From Candidatus Pacearchaeota archaeon (lineage in GTDB: Archaea; Nanobdellota; Nanobdellia; Pacearchaeales; UBA284), in the NCBI GenBank assembly GCA_049699715.1, contig JBNAVB010000003.1, positions 1 to 58,605 of the forward strand: a stretch of DNA of 58,605 nucleotides, read 5' to 3'. Under the pieces are notes generated by a model. The model saw only the letters and a list, made by a program, of their open reading frames with translations, was not told the origin of the DNA and made no database searches. Numbering within the stretch: position 1 is the stretch's first letter; each line of letters begins with the position of its first letter. The position numbers were made by a program, and so were the translations under genes. Positions 58,551 to 58,605 of this stretch are shown here, one piece after another.

Positions 58551-58605
58551 AATTCTCTTTACATTTCTAGTTGAAAGAGGAAAAGAGCGAAGGAATATAG
58601 CATTC

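Overview
AT-rich archaeal chromosomal window, most consistent with a DPANN (Pacearchaeota-like) genome. Markers are RadA, Spt5, eIF5A, PolD DP1/DP2, Orc1/Cdc6, archaeal r-proteins, an archaeosortase and short intergenic spacers. Most of it is core genes (RPA-RadA, ftsZ-secE-spt5, rpl1-rpl10-rpl12, GlyRS, TyrRS, Hef helicase plus separate XPF nuclease, class II RNR plus cobalamin adenosyltransferase, Lhr, XerA), three tRNAs (one with an intron) and a probable oriC beside cdc6. The unusual signals are non-coding or hidden inside genes. (1) A convergent pair of paralogous coiled-coil/winged-helix genes about 9 kb from oriC: one carries a near-canonical ORB flanked by 11-bp-phased repeats inside its coding sequence, and their spacer shares a 15-bp word with oriC (candidate second origin or centromere-like module). 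(2) A family of roughly 180-bp non-autonomous IS200/IS605 elements, all inserted at ATGA, at or just before start codons. (3) An orphan IS110-type bridge-RNA-like structure without its recombinase. All calls come from motif recognition by eye; no database searches were run.
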